64,000 nucleotides of DNA from an uncultured Nitrososphaerota archaeon (lineage in GTDB: Archaea; Thermoproteota; Nitrososphaeria; Nitrososphaerales; Gagatemarchaeaceae): contig OY969807.1 of NCBI GenBank assembly GCA_963703285.1, positions 1,856,001 through 1,920,000 on the forward strand, written 5' to 3'. Of the stretch, positions 19,051 to 29,324 are shown piece by piece. The translations under genes and the position numbers were made by a program. Every line of letters begins with the position of its first letter. Position 1 is the stretch's first letter. Under the pieces are notes generated by a model. The model had not been told where the DNA came from, ran no database searches, and worked only from the letters and a program-made list of their open reading frames with translations.

Positions 19051-20406
19051 TCAGTCCCCCTCCCTCGCGAGCCCTTCTTCCGGGAAGGGTGCTATTATCC
19101 CCTTCTCGATCAGGACTGAGGAGAGGTCCCTGCTCTTCTGGATGATTCGCCTGGCCTCCTCGAAGAGCTCGCTCTTCGAGAGGTTCTTCCCCGCGATCCC
19201 CTCGCGCTGCGCCTGCTCCCCTATGACCGCGGCGACAGAGGGGAAGACGTCCCAGTCCAGCATGGTGGGTATGATATTGGTCCTGCTCAACCCTTTCCTC
19301 TTCGCGAAATCCGCCAACTCCCTCGCGGCGGCTATGACCATCGTGTCGCTGATGGTCCTCGCCCTGACGTCGAGCGCGCCCCGGAAGACGCCGGGGAAGA
19401 GCACGCTGTTGTTGACCTGGTTGGGGAAGTCCGACCTGCCCGTCGCGACGACGGCCGCCCCGGCGTCGAGCGCGTCCCGGGGCCACATCTCCGGGACGGG
19501 GTTCGAGAGCAGGAAAGCTATGCCGTCGCGGGCCATCACGGAGATGTCCCCCTTCCTGATCACGTTGGGACCGGGCGTGGATGCCGCGATGAGCACGTCA
19601 GCCCCTGAGAGCGCTTCCCTCAGCGACCCCCTCACCTTCTGCGCGTTCGTCTTGAGGGCGATGTCGTACTTCCACCTGTTCCTGAAGAGCAGCTGATCGA
19701 TGTCCTCCCGTTCCGAGTGGAGGGTCCCCTTGGAATCGAGGAGGATCATCGCGCCCGCGTCGGCCCCGGCCTGTATGAGCAGCCTCGCGGCCGCGATGTT
19801 GGCCGCCCCAGACCCCATCAGCACAATCTTCGAACCTCTGAGGTCCCTCCCGGTGACCTCCAGGGCGTTGTAGAGCGCCGCAAGGATCACCCCCGCCGTC
19901 CCCTGCTGGTCGTCGTGCCAGACCGGGATCTTCATGCTGGCCCTCAGTTTCTCCAGTATGTCGAAGCAGCGCGGCGAGGCTATGTCCTCAAGGTTGATCC
20001 CGCCGAGACCCGGCTCGAGCGACTCCGCGACGGCGATGAACTCCTCCTCCGACGATACCCTCACGGGGATGGGGACCGCGTCGACCCCTCCCAGATACTT
20101 GTAGATCAGGGCCTTCCCCTCCATGACCGGGAGGGAGGCCTCCGGGCCGACGTTCCCCAGGCCGAGGACCCTGCTGCCGTCGGTCAGGACCGCCACCGTG
20201 TTCCATCTGTTCGTGTACTCGAAGGAGAGCTCGCTATCCTTCTCGATTGCGCGAGAGACGGCGGCGACGCCGGGTGTGTACCAGACGGAGAAGTCGTCGA
20301 GAGACCGGACGGGCACCTTGGGCACCATCCCGACCTTCCCCCGGTAGAACGCGGAGGATTCCAGAGACCTCCTCGAAGTCTGGTCTTCGCTCCCGTCCTG
20401 AGACAT
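19051..20406 (-). CDS. NAD(P)-dependent malic enzyme
   Basis: YTPGVA, TDGSRVLGLGN, VMEGK, INLEDI, HDDQQGT, TGRSDFPNQVNN. Confidence 0.93.
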   Translation of the reverse strand: MSQDGSEDQTSRRSLESSAFYRGKVGMVPKVPVRSLDDFSVWYTPGVAAVSRAIEKDSELSFEYTNRWNTVAVLTDGSRVLGLGNVGPEASLPVMEGKALIYKYLGGVDAVPIPVRVSSEEEFIAVAESLEPGLGGINLEDIASPRCFDILEKLRASMKIPVWHDDQQGTAGVILAALYNALEVTGRDLRGSKIVLMGSGAANIAAARLLIQAGADAGAMILLDSKGTLHSEREDIDQLLFRNRWKYDIALKTNAQKVRGSLREALSGADVLIAASTPGPNVIRKGDISVMARDGIAFLLSNPVPEMWPRDALDAGAAVVATGRSDFPNQVNNSVLFPGVFRGALDVRARTISDTMVIAAARELADFAKRKGLSRTNIIPTMLDWDVFPSVAAVIGEQAQREGIAGKNLSKSELFEEARRIIQKSRDLSSVLIEKGIIAPFPEEGLAREGD

Positions 20407-20513
20407 GCGGGCGCGGGGTGCCGGCATACGATTTAAGGGTGCAGTGGAGTTCGGCGCCAGTCGATTCCGGACTCCCTCAAAGCTTATCTCCGGACGCGCT
20501 GGCGTCGGCCGCG

Positions 20514-21875
20514 ATGACCATCGACCCCGCCGTGAGGGAGTACATTCACGAGAGCCAGGACAGGTTCCTGAAGGACATCGCAAGGCTCGTCGCTCAACCG
20601 AGCGTCTCCGCAAAGGGCGAGGGGGTCGAGGAGTGCGCCCTCCTCGTCAAGAAGATGATCGAGGAGATAGGCGGAGAGACCAAGATGCTGAAGCTGGAGG
20701 GAGCGCCGACCCTCGTCTACGGCGAGGTGCCTTCGAGCTCCAAGAAGACCATCCTGTTCTACAACCACTACGACGTACAGCCGGTCGAGCCCCTAGAGCT
20801 CTGGAAGTCTCCCCCTTTCCAGCCCGAGGTTCGCGACGGCAGGATGTACGGTCGGGGCGTCTCGGACGACAAGGGGCAGCTCGTCTCCCGCCTCAAGCTG
20901 ATAGAGTCCTACGTCAGGGTCCGCGGTGAACCGCCCTGCAACGTCAAGTTCTGCTTTGAGGGGGAGGAGGAGGTCGGGAGCAAGAGCCTGGCCAAGTACA
21001 TCGAGGCCTACCCTGAGCTCTTCAAGTCCGACGCGGTGGTCTGGGAGTACAGCAAGATAGACGAGAAGGGAAGGCCGATTATTGGGCTCGGGGTCAAGGG
21101 GATGATCTACGTGGAGCTCGTCGTCAGGTCCCTGAACCAGGACGCGCACAGCGCCTACGCGGCCGCCCTCCCAAGCGCCGTGTGGCGGCTCGTACGTCTC
21201 CTCAACCTGATCAAGGACGAGAACGAACACATCCTGATCCCCGGCTGGTACGACAACGTCCTCCCGCTCGCCCCCGACGAGCTCAAGGTCCTCGAGGAGG
21301 AGCCCTCCGAGGCAGAGCATCTCCTGGCCACGTACGGAGCGACCGAGTTCGCGGGGAAGATGTCAATGGCGGAGGCGAGGAGGGCGCTGGCGTCCCTCCC
21401 CACGGCGAACATCGCCGGCATATGGGCCGGCTACACCGGACCGGGGAGCAAGACCGTGCTGCCGGCCGAGGCCCACTGCAGGATGGACCTGCGGCTCGTC
21501 CCCGACCAGGACCCCGACGAGCTCCTCGGGCGCTTCAGGCGGTTCCTCGACGATCACGGATACTCCGACGTCCAGGTCAAGGTGGAGACGTTCGAGCCCG
21601 CCGCGAGGACGAGCTACAAGAGCCCCTGGGCCCACGCCGCGGCGAGGGCGGCCGAGGAGGTCTTCAAGGTGAAGCCCGTGATAGAGATATCGAGCGCCGG
21701 GACCGGGCCGATGTACGTCTTCACGAGAAGGTACGGGTCGGACGCCATCGACCTCGGATTCTCACCGCACGACGACGCGATCCACGCCCCGAACGAGAAC
21801 ATACGGCTCGATCTCCTGGAGAAGGGGATGCTGTGGATCGGGCAGGCGATCGAGAACTTCATCCAGGCCGGCTGA
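20514..21875 (+). CDS. M20/M25/M40 metallopeptidase (dipeptidase-like)
   Basis: YNHYDVQP, GRGVSDDKG, EGEEEVGS, IHAPNE. Confidence 0.92.
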   Translation: MTIDPAVREYIHESQDRFLKDIARLVAQPSVSAKGEGVEECALLVKKMIEEIGGETKMLKLEGAPTLVYGEVPSSSKKTILFYNHYDVQPVEPLELWKSPPFQPEVRDGRMYGRGVSDDKGQLVSRLKLIESYVRVRGEPPCNVKFCFEGEEEVGSKSLAKYIEAYPELFKSDAVVWEYSKIDEKGRPIIGLGVKGMIYVELVVRSLNQDAHSAYAAALPSAVWRLVRLLNLIKDENEHILIPGWYDNVLPLAPDELKVLEEEPSEAEHLLATYGATEFAGKMSMAEARRALASLPTANIAGIWAGYTGPGSKTVLPAEAHCRMDLRLVPDQDPDELLGRFRRFLDDHGYSDVQVKVETFEPAARTSYKSPWAHAAARAAEEVFKVKPVIEISSAGTGPMYVFTRRYGSDAIDLGFSPHDDAIHAPNENIRLDLLEKGMLWIGQAIENFIQAG

Positions 21876-22020
21876 GCCTTCGTTCGGCGTGTCGACGGAA
21901 GTTCGATTTATGACGAAAAGAATTTTAGAGGATGTATAAGAATTGCAAAGGATGATAATCTAACAAGCAAACATTATACCCGTCTTTGAAGTGGGTCCTG
22001 ACCCGTCAGAGTCTCCATAA

Positions 22021-23160
22021 ATGATCGTGGGCGTCCCGAAGGAAACTGCACAGGGTGAGAAACGGGTCTCGCTCGTCCCCGATGCGGTCCCCAAGCTCAC
22101 CGGGGCCTCGGTCCTCGTGGAGACCGGCGCAGGAGAATCCGCAGGCTTCCAGGACTCCGCATACGCCGAGAAGGGCGCGTCCATCGCCCCGGATGCGCAG
22201 ACCCTCTACGGACAGGCGGACGTCGTCATCAAGGTGACCCCTCCCTCGAAGGCCGAGGCGGCGATGCTGAAGGAAGGGTCGACCATGATTTCGTTCCTGT
22301 ATCCTCTCGCCAACCTCGACGCCGTCAGGGTTCTGAGCGCCCGCAGGGTGACCGCCTTCGCCATGGAGCTCATCCCCAGGATTAGCCGCGCACAGCCGAT
22401 GGACGCCCTCTCGTCCCAGTCCAACCTCGGCGGCTACAAGGCCGCTCTCCTCGCGGCAGAGACCCTCCCGAGAATCTTCCCGATGATGATGACGGCCGCC
22501 GGGACGCTCTCCCCCGCCAAGGTCTTCGTCGTGGGCGCTGGGGTGGCGGGGCTCCAGGCCATCGCGACGGCGCGCAGGCTCGGCGCCCTGGTGGAAGCCT
22601 ACGACGTGCGGCCCGTCGTCAAGGAGCAGATTGAGAGCCTCGGAGCGAGGTTCGTGCAGATGCCCGTCGAGGCAAAGGACGCCCAGGACGCCGGAGGCTA
22701 TGCGAAGGCGCAGACCGAAGAATTCTACGCCAAGCAGCAGAAGTTCCTCGCCGAACGCGCCCAGGCCTCCGACGTCGTCATAACCACGGCCCTCGTGCCC
22801 GGTCAGAAGGCACCGAAGCTGATCTCCGAGGAGGCTGTCAGGGGGATGCGCCCTGGCTCTGTGGTGGTCGACATGGCCGCGGAGCAGGGGGGAAACTGCG
22901 CCCTCACCGAGGCCGGAAAGACCGTCACCAGGTATGGCGTGACCATAATCGGCCCCCTGAACCTTCCTTCGACGATGGCCCCACAGGCCAGCCAGCTGTA
23001 TTCGCGGAACATCACGTCCTTCCTCCTGGCGATGATGAAGGAGGGCAGGGTGATCGTCGATCTGAAGGATGACGTGGTCAGGGGGTCCCTCGTGATGGAC
23101 CGGGGCTCGGTCGTGCACCCCGCGACGAAGGCTGCGATCGAGGGGGTCCCGCAGCGATGA
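22021..23160 (+). CDS. pntAA: NAD(P) transhydrogenase alpha subunit part 1 (domain I)
   Basis: GVPKE..GEKRV, PRISRAQPMDALSSQ, GAGVAGLQAIATA, AEQGGNC. Confidence 0.93.
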   Translation: MIVGVPKETAQGEKRVSLVPDAVPKLTGASVLVETGAGESAGFQDSAYAEKGASIAPDAQTLYGQADVVIKVTPPSKAEAAMLKEGSTMISFLYPLANLDAVRVLSARRVTAFAMELIPRISRAQPMDALSSQSNLGGYKAALLAAETLPRIFPMMMTAAGTLSPAKVFVVGAGVAGLQAIATARRLGALVEAYDVRPVVKEQIESLGARFVQMPVEAKDAQDAGGYAKAQTEEFYAKQQKFLAERAQASDVVITTALVPGQKAPKLISEEAVRGMRPGSVVVDMAAEQGGNCALTEAGKTVTRYGVTIIGPLNLPSTMAPQASQLYSRNITSFLLAMMKEGRVIVDLKDDVVRGSLVMDRGSVVHPATKAAIEGVPQR

Positions 23161-23456
23161 CGCTCGCCTCCACGGACCTGCAGGTCAATCTCATCATCTT
23201 CATCCTGGCGACCTTCCTGGGACTGGAGCTGGTCCGCCACGTCTCCCGTCTCCTCCACACGCCGCTCATGGCGCTCACCAACGCCATCTCCTCCGTCTCG
23301 ATAGTCGCCGCGCTGATAGTCCTCTCCGACCCCAAGAACCAGATGGTGCTGATTCTCGTGATCGTCGCCATCGCGCTCGTCTTCACCAACATCGTCAGCG
23401 GCTTCGGGATTACCGAGCGCATCCTCAGGCTCTTCAAGCAGAGGAAGACCAGATGA
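23157..23456 (+). CDS. pntAB: NAD(P) transhydrogenase alpha subunit part 2 (membrane)
   Basis: LHTPLMALTNAIS, NIVSGFGITERIL. Confidence 0.92.
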   Translation: MTLASTDLQVNLIIFILATFLGLELVRHVSRLLHTPLMALTNAISSVSIVAALIVLSDPKNQMVLILVIVAIALVFTNIVSGFGITERILRLFKQRKTR

Positions 23457-24841
23457 ACGACGCCATCGTCGAGTACCTCTACGTCATAGCGGTCCTGTTC
23501 TTCGTGATCTCGCTCAAGTGGATGAGCGAGGTGAGGACCTCGCGGTACGGAAACTGGATAGCCGCCTCCGGGATGGCCGTCGCAATCGGGGGAACGCTCC
23601 TCGCCTATCAGGTCCAGAGGATAGACCTGCTGATAGTCGCGGTCGTCGTGGGCGTCATCATCGGGGCACCGATAGCCGTGAAGGTCCCCATGACGGCCGT
23701 CCCACAGCGGACCGCCGCGTCCCACGCCTTCGGCTCGCTGGCCGTCGCGCTGGTGGGAACGGCCGAGTACTACCAGAGGACGCCCGGCATCGACGTCTTC
23801 ACCCTGACCGTGCTGTGCGCCGAGATGATACTTGGGTACCTCACGTTCATGGGAAGCTGCATCGCCTTCGCGAAGCTCCAGGGGCTGATTCCCGGAAAAC
23901 CGTTCGTCTACGGCGGACGGAACTTCATCAGCCTCACGGTCCTCGGGGCCGCCGTCGCCCTCGCGATCTACCTCGTCGCCAACCCGGCCCAGTCCTTCGT
24001 CCTCCCCATCATGGCGGGCTTCGCAATCCTCTTCGGGTTCCTCCTCGTCATGGCGATAGGAGGGGCAGACATGCCCACGGTCATAGCGATCCTGAACTCC
24101 TACGCGGGGATGTCAGCGGCCGCGCTCGGCTTTGTGCTGAACAACCAGGTCCTCATCGTCGCGGGAGCGCTCGACGGATCGTCGGGCTTCATCCTCGCGA
24201 TGATAATGAGCAAGGCGATGAACCGCTCCTTCACCAACGTGCTCTTCGGCGGCGTGGGCGCGGCCGCCGTCTCGGCGCCTGGGGGGCCGTCGGTCGCCGG
24301 CGGACGCACTGCGCAAGCGTTCACGGTCGACGACGTCGCCACCATCCTGCAGGACGCGAGGTCTGTCGTCTTCGTCCCCGGCTACGGGATGGCCGTCGCC
24401 CAGGCCCAGCACGTCGTCAAGGAGGTCGCCGAGATCCTGCAGTCCCGCGGAGTCGACGTAAAGTATGGGATCCACCCGGTAGCCGGCAGGATGCCCGGTC
24501 ACATGAACGTCCTCCTGGCGGACGCCGACGTCTCCTACGACCAGCTGTGGGAGATGGACCGGATCAACCCGCTCTTCCCCGAGACCGACGTGGCCATCGT
24601 AGTGGGAGCGAACGACGTGACGAACCCCGCAGCGAGGACAAGGCCGGACTCGCCCCTCTACGGGATGCCGATAATGAACGTCGACAAGGCAAAGACCGTG
24701 GTGTTCATCAAGCGGTCCATGAACCCGGGATTCGCCGGGGTCGAGAACGAACTGTTCTACCTGCCGAACACGATGATGGTCTTCGGAGACGCGAAGAAGG
24801 TTCTATCCGACCTGGTCGCCTCCCTCAAGAGACAGGGCTAG
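23453..24841 (+). CDS. pntB: NAD(P) transhydrogenase beta subunit
   Basis: IGGADMPTVIAILNSY, PGYGMAVAQAQH, HPVAGRMPGHMNVLLA, GANDVTNP. Confidence 0.95.
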   Translation: MNDAIVEYLYVIAVLFFVISLKWMSEVRTSRYGNWIAASGMAVAIGGTLLAYQVQRIDLLIVAVVVGVIIGAPIAVKVPMTAVPQRTAASHAFGSLAVALVGTAEYYQRTPGIDVFTLTVLCAEMILGYLTFMGSCIAFAKLQGLIPGKPFVYGGRNFISLTVLGAAVALAIYLVANPAQSFVLPIMAGFAILFGFLLVMAIGGADMPTVIAILNSYAGMSAAALGFVLNNQVLIVAGALDGSSGFILAMIMSKAMNRSFTNVLFGGVGAAAVSAPGGPSVAGGRTAQAFTVDDVATILQDARSVVFVPGYGMAVAQAQHVVKEVAEILQSRGVDVKYGIHPVAGRMPGHMNVLLADADVSYDQLWEMDRINPLFPETDVAIVVGANDVTNPAARTRPDSPLYGMPIMNVDKAKTVVFIKRSMNPGFAGVENELFYLPNTMMVFGDAKKVLSDLVASLKRQG

Positions 24842-24982
24842 AGTCTCATTGGCAAGCGAGCTTTCTGCTCGCCCTTGCGCGATAGGAGCCGGGTTCTCCA
24901 CGGGTTTCGCTTTTATGGTTTTGTAAAGGTTTATAAGTACCATCTTGTAAGCAAGAACTTCCTTTCGGATTTGCATTAGAAT

Positions 24983-25921
24983 ATGTCTCGAAACCCGAAC
25001 TTCTCGCGTCTGATGAAACTGGAGAAAGCTCTAGACAAATGTCCCAGATGCGCGCACAGCCCCATGATAATCGACTCGTCTGGGGGAGAGCTATTCTGCA
25101 GCAACTGCGGCTTCGTGCTCAAGGAGAAGATGGAGGAGGCGGGTCCCGAGTGGCGGTCCTTCTCCAACGAGGAGAAAGACGAGAAGAGCAGGGTCGGGCT
25201 CCCGACCTCGGTGGCCATATCAGACATGGGCCTTGCGACAGTCATCGGCGGTGAGAACAGGGACGCTTCGGGGAGGACGCTCTCGGGCTCGATGCGGTCG
25301 ACCGTAGAGAGGCTGAGGACGTGGGATCGGCGCAGCCAGGCACACGAGTCTGCCGACAGAAACCTCAGACAGGCGTTCAGCGAACTTCACAGATACGCCG
25401 ACAAGCTCACCGTCAACGAGGCGGTGGTCGAGAAGGCGGCCTACATTTACAGGAAGGCCTTCGAGCGCGGGCTGGTGAGGGGAAGGTCGATAACGGCAAT
25501 CACCGTCGCGTCTCTCTACGCGGCGTGCAGGGACATGGAGATACCTCGGACCCTGAAGGACATGGCGGCTGTCAGCAACATAAAGAAGAAGGACATCGCA
25601 CGATCCTACAGGCTTCTCTTCAGGGAGCTCGACATGCACATGCCTGTCGTTGACCCCGCGCGGTGCATCTCCAAGATTGCATCCAGGGCGGGCATGAAGG
25701 AGAAGACCCAGAGGAGGGCTCTCGAGATACTCACCATGGCAGGGCCGATGCGCGTCTCCGCAGGCAAGGACCCGATGGGTTTCGCCGCATCAGCGCTCTA
25801 CGTCGCATGCACACTGGAGAACGACGGCAAGACTCAGCGCGATATCGCCGAGGCCGCGGGCGTCACCGAGGTCACGATCAGGAACAGGTACAAGGGCCTG
25901 AGGGCCGCCCTGGGCTTCTAG
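24983..25921 (+). CDS. tfb: Transcription initiation factor IIB (TFB), paralogue 2
   Basis: CPRC...CSNCG, GPEWRSF, cyclin repeats, GVTEVTIRNRYK. Confidence 0.95.
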   Translation: MSRNPNFSRLMKLEKALDKCPRCAHSPMIIDSSGGELFCSNCGFVLKEKMEEAGPEWRSFSNEEKDEKSRVGLPTSVAISDMGLATVIGGENRDASGRTLSGSMRSTVERLRTWDRRSQAHESADRNLRQAFSELHRYADKLTVNEAVVEKAAYIYRKAFERGLVRGRSITAITVASLYAACRDMEIPRTLKDMAAVSNIKKKDIARSYRLLFRELDMHMPVVDPARCISKIASRAGMKEKTQRRALEILTMAGPMRVSAGKDPMGFAASALYVACTLENDGKTQRDIAEAAGVTEVTIRNRYKGLRAALGF

Positions 25922-26360
25922 GGTCATCCATCCGCCGCGCACCTCGAACAGCACTCGCTAAGGCTCGATCCCCGCTAATCGGCAGTATACGGCGCCAAGT
26001 CCGGGAATCGGCTAGAGCGCAACATATATTAAATGAATAATTCATTCACGTAATCTGTAGGGCCAAAGATATGCCACGCAAGAAGATGGACCAAGAGCTG
26101 AGGGACGAGAAGTCCGAGCTGATCCTCGACGCTGCTAGGAAGGTCTTCGCGAGGAAGGGCAGCGCGGCGACCATGGCCGAGGTGGCTGAGGAGGCGGGGG
26201 TCAGCCCTGAGGTAAGAGTGCGTTGCCACGCTAGAATTGCTTCAGGCAGGAAACACGCACCCTCCCTCCCAAACCCGGCGTGATACTTTCGCATCACCGG
26301 GCTTTCACCCCTACGTCCTCCGTCCTCTTCTTGTGCATTGGATGGATGGGTTTCGGCTGC

Positions 26361-28112
26361 CTAGTTTCTAGGTAGCCTACTGTGGCATGTCGCGCACAAT
26401 GTCTGAAGATTTTCGACCCGGTGCACGACCTGCGGGTTGAAGACCATTCCTTTGGGGACAGGTTCCCTATGGTGCGCCTGAAGTCTTTCCCGACTGCCGC
26501 ACAGAGTACACCTCCATCCATCCCTCTCAAACGCCAGAAAGCGGTTGGAGAGATAGGTTTCATCGTACTCGGGCGCAATCGGGTGGATGTTGGGCACATC
26601 AACGATTGGGTCGTCGTTTTCCTCTGATACGCTGGTTGCGGTGTGGTTCTGGCGGATGTATGGATTGCTGATTGACCTGTATTTCCAAACAAGTCTGTGA
26701 TTCAGTGAGGTGTGCATGCTCTTGTTCGAGTTCATCCTAAAGAGTTCGGTCTTGACCGGCCCTCTTTGGATGACTACACTACCGTTTCTGAGCACGACGG
26801 AGAGGCATTTCTGGACGCTTATCTGGTATTTCCTACAATACCATTGATAGAACAGGCGCTGTGCCAGAAAGTCTCCCGTAGCGAATTGCTGATGTGAGTT
26901 GACGGTTCTGTAGTAGTTTGCCCATCCTCTCAAGACTCTGTTCATGGCTGCAATCTTCATCTGAGGGTCGTCGCTCTTCGCGCTCGGCCCTAGCATGGCT
27001 TGCAGTTTGTACTTGAGTCGGAGTAGGTTCTTTTGTGTTGGTCGTATCCTGACGCACATGCCGTGGTCTAGCCTTACTCGCTGGATGCGAAATCCGAGGA
27101 AATCGAATCCAGCTTCCAGATGCACGACACGCGTCTTTTCTGCGGACAGGCTCAGCCTCAGCTTCTCCGTGAAGAAGCTGCGTATGTTGTCCATGATTGC
27201 GGTGGCCTGCTCCTGAGTGCCTTTCACGCTCAGGATGAAGTCGTCCGCATACCTGAACAGCACGCAGCTTGCCTGCCCTTTCTCACGTCGCAGTCTTCTC
27301 TGCTTGTAGGTGAGTTTGCCCCAGCTCTCGTACCAATGCTGGTCAAACTCGTTGAGGTAGATGTTGGCTAGGAGTGGCGAAAGGACTCCGCCTTGCGGGG
27401 TTCCTTTCTTGGTCTGAGTTCGGATGCCCTTCTCGATGACGGGTGCCTTGAGGAATCGGCGGATCAGCCACAGGACTTTTGGGTCGGCTATCCTTCGTTC
27501 TATAGCTTCCATCAGTATCCAGTGGTCGATGTTGTCGAAGCACCCTTCGATGTCTCCCTCGATGACCCATTCGTACAGACGCTTGCTGTCCCCGTACTGA
27601 TACATGGGCAATACGCACTCCAGCGTGCTTCGCTCAGGTCGGAAGCCGTTGGAATTGGGCAGGAAGTCGGCCTCAAAGATTGGTTCGAGAACCATCTTCA
27701 AGACCATCTGAACTGTCCTATCCTTCAGCGTTGGAATGCCTATTGGTCGTTTCCCTCCGCTGGCCTTCGGAATGTACTTCCTCAGGACAGGCGAGGGGTG
27801 GTAGGTCTTGTGTTTCAGTTCTGTCCGCAGTTCCTCGACAAATCTGGCCCTAGCAGACGGTTCGTGCAGGTCTGCCCCGCACACTCCGTCTACGCCTGAG
27901 GTCTTCGCGCCAGTGTTGTCTAGGACTGCTTCCAGAGCCGATTTGAGCCACTCTCTTCTCCAGAGTAGCGGGTGTAGGTTGTGGAACCGTTTGTTCGGTT
28001 GTCTTGTTGCTGCTATGGCGAGCCCACTCTGGATATGGAGAATGACTCTGCCTTCGTCCTTGCGGACTACTGGATTGGGTGATTGCTCACCCAACTGATT
28101 GTTTGAGTCCAT
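26361..28112 (-). CDS. ltrA: Group II intron-encoded RT/maturase with C-terminal HNH endonuclease
   Basis: RPIGIPTLKDR, EGDIEGCFDNIDH, GTPQGGVLSPLLANIYL, RYADD, FDFLGF, LRGWANYY, RDGWRCTLCG..HH..NLQTLCATCH; SD GGAGGTGA before ATG 28112. Confidence 0.95.
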   Translation of the reverse strand: MDSNNQLGEQSPNPVVRKDEGRVILHIQSGLAIAATRQPNKRFHNLHPLLWRREWLKSALEAVLDNTGAKTSGVDGVCGADLHEPSARARFVEELRTELKHKTYHPSPVLRKYIPKASGGKRPIGIPTLKDRTVQMVLKMVLEPIFEADFLPNSNGFRPERSTLECVLPMYQYGDSKRLYEWVIEGDIEGCFDNIDHWILMEAIERRIADPKVLWLIRRFLKAPVIEKGIRTQTKKGTPQGGVLSPLLANIYLNEFDQHWYESWGKLTYKQRRLRREKGQASCVLFRYADDFILSVKGTQEQATAIMDNIRSFFTEKLRLSLSAEKTRVVHLEAGFDFLGFRIQRVRLDHGMCVRIRPTQKNLLRLKYKLQAMLGPSAKSDDPQMKIAAMNRVLRGWANYYRTVNSHQQFATGDFLAQRLFYQWYCRKYQISVQKCLSVVLRNGSVVIQRGPVKTELFRMNSNKSMHTSLNHRLVWKYRSISNPYIRQNHTATSVSEENDDPIVDVPNIHPIAPEYDETYLSNRFLAFERDGWRCTLCGSRERLQAHHREPVPKGMVFNPQVVHRVENLQTLCATCHSRLPRN

Positions 28113-28757
28113 TCTCTCACCTCCTGTTGTGTTTCGTGGACTGAATCCATCCTTCTGCACAGTTCAGACTTCGGATTTCAGGCTAGAGTCCTTCCCCACA
28201 GGTCGGTAATTGGCCGACGTTCAGGGTACTATGACTCCTCGGAGCCAACCCGGTCAAGTCGGACGCAGCCGTCCTATCCTCTCGCCCTTTATCGACGGGA
28301 GTCAGACCGGGTTGGGTCTCACGTTCTGTAAGGAGCACTTCTGCGGACGGATTTAGGCACCCACCAGTTACCGAGAGAGCTCCAGCTCGCTGGCCGGTTC
28401 TCGCCTGCCTGAAGGAGGGGATTTGCCACACTTCGTCCTTGAGTAAAGTGTGGTAGCTCTCTATACCATGCGCGCTTCGTCCTATCCTAGCGTCTTCGCA
28501 TGGCGCATGCGCTACCTGTTGTGGATTCCTTAACGTTGCCGTGTCCGTCCTAAGGTCGCCGTCTCGGGAACCTAGGCTGTTCCCTTATCGGCTGTCTATG
28601 TCTGGGGCTAGCCCCATGCTGGACTCTGCTCAGAGCCCAACAAGCCAGACGACTTTCACCTTCGGGAGTCCTGACCTTGCGGTCGAGGACGCCCAGCCTT
28701 ACCTACTGTAGTGTGGGATGGAGATGACTGAGCATGCTGGTGATGAGGTGTTCCAGC

Positions 28758-29324
28758 TTATGGTACTGCGCTCGCGCAGTACGAGGTAGACCCATACGGA
28801 ACGGATGTTTCATTGGAGCCAGTGACGGTTACGATGAGGGTATTGTTGGAGCTGTCGAGTTTCTGTGCTGTGGCGCAAAGAGTCAGGCCGCCGGTAACTA
28901 CTGATGTCATGGTAACGTTCTTGGCGAAGAAACCGCTACCAGTGTAGCTCCCACTGACATTCGTAGGATTGGTCTGGCCGAGGTTGTTGTATCCCAGATA
29001 CGTCAACTTCCACGGACCAGTATAGTTTACGGAAACGATGAAAGTGTAGTTGTAGGTCGCAAGACAATCACCGCCCGACTGATACCCCGAGCACGAGCTA
29101 GAGATCGTCGTCGAGGTCGTTTGCGACTGGGTGGTAAGAGTTTGACTGGTATTGACCGGCAGAGTAGTGGTCGATGATAAGTTGGAAGAAGTCGATGGAC
29201 TGGAAGAATGGGAAGTATTCGACTGTGACGTGAGTACAATGACTCCTGTCGCTCCGACCAGGATGACCACGACTGAAACAATGGCAATGATTGCTGTTCC
29301 AATTCCTCTTCTGGAAGTCTTCAT
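28758..29324 (-). CDS. Intron passenger: Ser/Thr-rich surface protein with class III (prepilin-like) signal peptide
   Basis: MKTSRRG-IGTAIIAIVSVVVILVGATGVIVL, S/T-rich linker, Cys-containing beta domain; own TATA-like element (TATTAA, about 29361-29356). Confidence 0.75.
   Translation of the reverse strand: MKTSRRGIGTAIIAIVSVVVILVGATGVIVLTSQSNTSHSSSPSTSSNLSSTTTLPVNTSQTLTTQSQTTSTTISSSCSGYQSGGDCLATYNYTFIVSVNYTGPWKLTYLGYNNLGQTNPTNVSGSYTGSGFFAKNVTMTSVVTGGLTLCATAQKLDSSNNTLIVTVTGSNETSVPYGSTSYCASAVP

Noticed and set aside
26361-28112. Retron, DGR or CRISPR-associated RT
   Set aside because: The RT has maturase and HNH domains and is followed by clear group II DV/DVI; no TR/VR repeats or cas genes were seen.
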